From the NCBI GenBank assembly GCA_964276515.1, contig OZ193910.1, positions 5,270,001 through 5,334,000 of the forward strand: DNA of 64,000 bases, in the 5' to 3' direction. The DNA comes from Gordius albopunctatus. Lineage: Eukaryota. The notes under the pieces were generated by a model. That model did no database searches. It was not told the DNA's origin and was given only the letters and a program-made list of their open reading frames with translations. Positions 61,438 to 64,000 of this stretch are shown in pieces. The translations under genes were made by a program, and so were the position numbers. Position 1 is the stretch's first letter, and every line of letters begins with the position of its first letter.

Positions 61438-62212
61438 AAATCAACCGTCAAAATCTATGCACTTCTGGTAGAGTTTTTTACCGCGAACATAAATATATTT
61501 TTAGTTTTTTCCCTATAGGTCAAGTTTTTGAAATATTTGCTGTTAAAGTAGCTAATAACGGGAATTTTGGCGTTTTACAAACGTTATAACTTGCAAATTG
61601 ATCGGTAAAATTTTAGTTTAATAAATTTAATTTGTAAATAAAGGGGTAAGGAACCCATTAAAAAAATTTTTACCCTAGCTCTATTAGTTTATATATTCAA
61701 AATTAACTTACTCTATCTTTTTACATTGACAATTTGCCCCAGACATAAGTTCGCCCTCCCTTCTCTTATTAGGATTGAGCGCGTGTTGTTGTTTAGCGAG
61801 CCGGGATTGGACGGGCTTCTGCTTTAAAATAAAACAGCGGCCGGGCCTGGACGAGCCGTAACATAAACTAACGGGCTAGGCCTAGATATACCTAAAGCCC
61901 GTTCCAAAATCAATTAGATTTTTATTTGTGTTTCATAATGTATAAACAAAGGTTTGTTTTTATAATGTTTATTAAATTAACAAGGATTTAATGGATTCTT
62001 CTTTCCTTTATTTATAAATCAAATTAATTAAATCGGAATGTAACCGATTAATTTGCAAGTTATTGACGTTTCGAAACGCCTCAAAAGCTGTTTTTAGCAA
62101 CTTTGACAGCAAATATTTCAAAAACATGACGTATAGGGAAAAAGTTAAAATATATTCATATTCACCGCGAAAAACTCTACCAAAATTTGCAAACAGTTTG
62201 CCGATCGATTTT
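61438..62212. mobile_element. Foldback-type element with ~190-bp imperfect inverted arms
   Basis: GGTAGAGTTTTT...TTTTTGAAATATTTGCTG...ATAACTTGCAAATT (about 61438-61630) is mirrored at about 62020-62212. A hAT-MITE fragment sits in the middle (about 61795-61990). Confidence 0.7.
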
Positions 62213-62998
62213 TCTTGGTGAACCGTGAAATTTGTAACTAACTCATATCCCTACCCCTCCCACCCCATCTCTTATGTGATTTTATTGAAATTATGCCAAA
62301 TAATTTTTTATCACACGACACTCTATCGATTCAGAGAACAGAAAAGCCTAGCCGGGAAACATAAATTTCGGGCGGGCATCATAAATTCGGGCTCAATGAT
62401 CTTTTTATAATAATTTATTATTTTGTTTTCTTGGATTTTGTCACTTTTTATTCGATTATTATTTAATGTTTGTTATTCCTAGTTATCATCCAAAAAATAT
62501 CGGAAATTAAAAATAATTTTTGGAAAATATAACGATATTAGTGGTAAAACTTTTAAAATACATCATTTCGGGCAGCTTTATTAATTCTGGCATGGCCAGG
62601 GGGACACATAGAAGGGTTTGGGTGGGCAGTTTAGTTATTAATCGTGTCGGGTCAAGAAGAAAAATGATAACAATTTTAACCACTGACTATTAATTTTATT
62701 TAAAAAATATCGGTATAATTTGAAAAATGAGATAAGAGTTGTTTTAATTGTTGTTTAGTGTTGTATTTGTTTAGTTTGAAATTTAAAAAAATTTCCATAA
62801 TAACTAATTCTAATTTTATGCCAAAGAGTCATTTAATTTAAGCCAACAACTTAGACCATTAACAAGCACTATTTTATACATTAATAATATTTAAAATTGA
62901 TTTAATAGGCAAAAAATTGTACGAGTTTAAAAATCGTTTGGTATTTCAAACCAAAAGACTTTTTAATACACCTTTGATATTAGCTAAGATTGAAAAAT

Positions 62999-63535
62999 AT
63001 GGAGGAATTCCACCAACTTATAGCAGAGGCACAGCTTTATAATAATAAATTAATCCTGGAATTGGATTTAAAGAAAAATCGTTGGAATCATCTGAAAGAA
63101 AGAATTGAAACTATTTCAAATAAAATTGAAAATACGAAAGTAATTTTTAAATTTATTTAACCATTTTAATAGTCTGCAAATTTCAATATTAAAAACGAGA
63201 TTATTAAAACACAATCTATGCAAAATGAGTGTCTAAAAAGTGTAAAGGAGCTAAAAGGATCCATCGATATACTAAAAAACCAATCGATTTTAAAGGAAAA
63301 ACTAAATAGCTCCATTCAAAATAGTAAGTTGGTATTTTATAATCTTTATAAAGGCGAAAACATTTGGTAAATAATAATATGATTGCTAAACGATTGATAT
63401 TTGTCCAATTTGTTTATTAAAATTAGGAAAACTAATGATAAAATAATTTTATCAGTCAACAGCTTTTTAAGAAATTTAGATAATAAGCTAGGTTTCTAAT
63501 CCAAATCCGTATAATTCATAGTTACAATGGTATAA
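62999..63535 (+). CDS. Putative small coiled-coil protein of unknown function; 3' end uncertain
   Basis: Phase-consistent exons 62999-63139, 63173-63323, 63354-63366, 63427-63491 and 63522-63535 give MEEFHQLIAEAQLYNNKLILELDLKKNRWNHLKERIETISNKIENTKSANFNIKNEIIKTQSMQNECLKSVKELKGSIDILKNQ... No homolog recognised. Confidence 0.55.
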
Positions 63536-64000
63536 TATAATTATTATGTTAATGAGCTGATGAGATGATGTGATTATTAATTTTAATTATTTTGGCTTAA
63601 ATTTGAATAGGGGATACGGGGCTAGTAATAGACCGGGGTTAAGTTTATCTTTTTAATTATTTTAAAAACGATAATCATAAAACATTAAAATTTTAACCAT
63701 ATGTGTTAGAATAGATAAAAATTAAAAAATTTATATAGGGAAAACGGTTTTTAGGCCTATTAGTAGCCTTGACTAAATTTTGTATTTTGCACATTACATT
63801 TTTTTGGTTTTATATATTGTAACTAATTCACGTTTTATCAAGTTTTGTTTAATAATTTAACTTCCTGAAATTTGGAAGAGACATACACTTTAATTAAATT
63901 ATAAAAAGAGTTATTCCATTGTAGAATCTGTCCTTCATAAGTCAGATTGTCATCTTGACCCTTTTTTATTTTTATTATATAAAATATAATTATGTTACAT

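Overview
AT-rich animal (invertebrate-like) genomic DNA, not prokaryotic; the organism cannot be named from sequence alone. Three intron-rich genes can be spliced by hand: a PPM1G-type PP2C phosphatase (+, 13006-19844, 15 coding exons), a convergent MAP4K3/MAP4K5-type kinase with a CNH domain (-, 35030-20818, about 28 exons) and a BAHD1-type BAH-domain protein (+, 51872-59149, 5' end uncertain). A small coiled-coil gene with 30-33-nt introns probably starts near 63.0 kb. Most remaining sequence is transposon debris: many hAT elements and MITEs with 8-bp TSDs, a pogo-like element, a piggyBac-type MITE, Helitron/Helentron derivatives, and CRE-like and RTE non-LTR fragments. Two structures stand out. 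The first is a 433-bp insertion at 60791-61223 with a type I hammerhead ribozyme, a 347-nt terminally redundant monomer, a perfect 61-bp palindrome and a 13-bp TSD (retrozyme / Penelope pLTR-like). The second is a three-level nest at 7058-12050: pogo inside hAT inside a DINE/HINE-like Helentron derivative whose central array carries tRNA-derived Pol III boxes. All coordinates were read by eye and may be off by a few bases.
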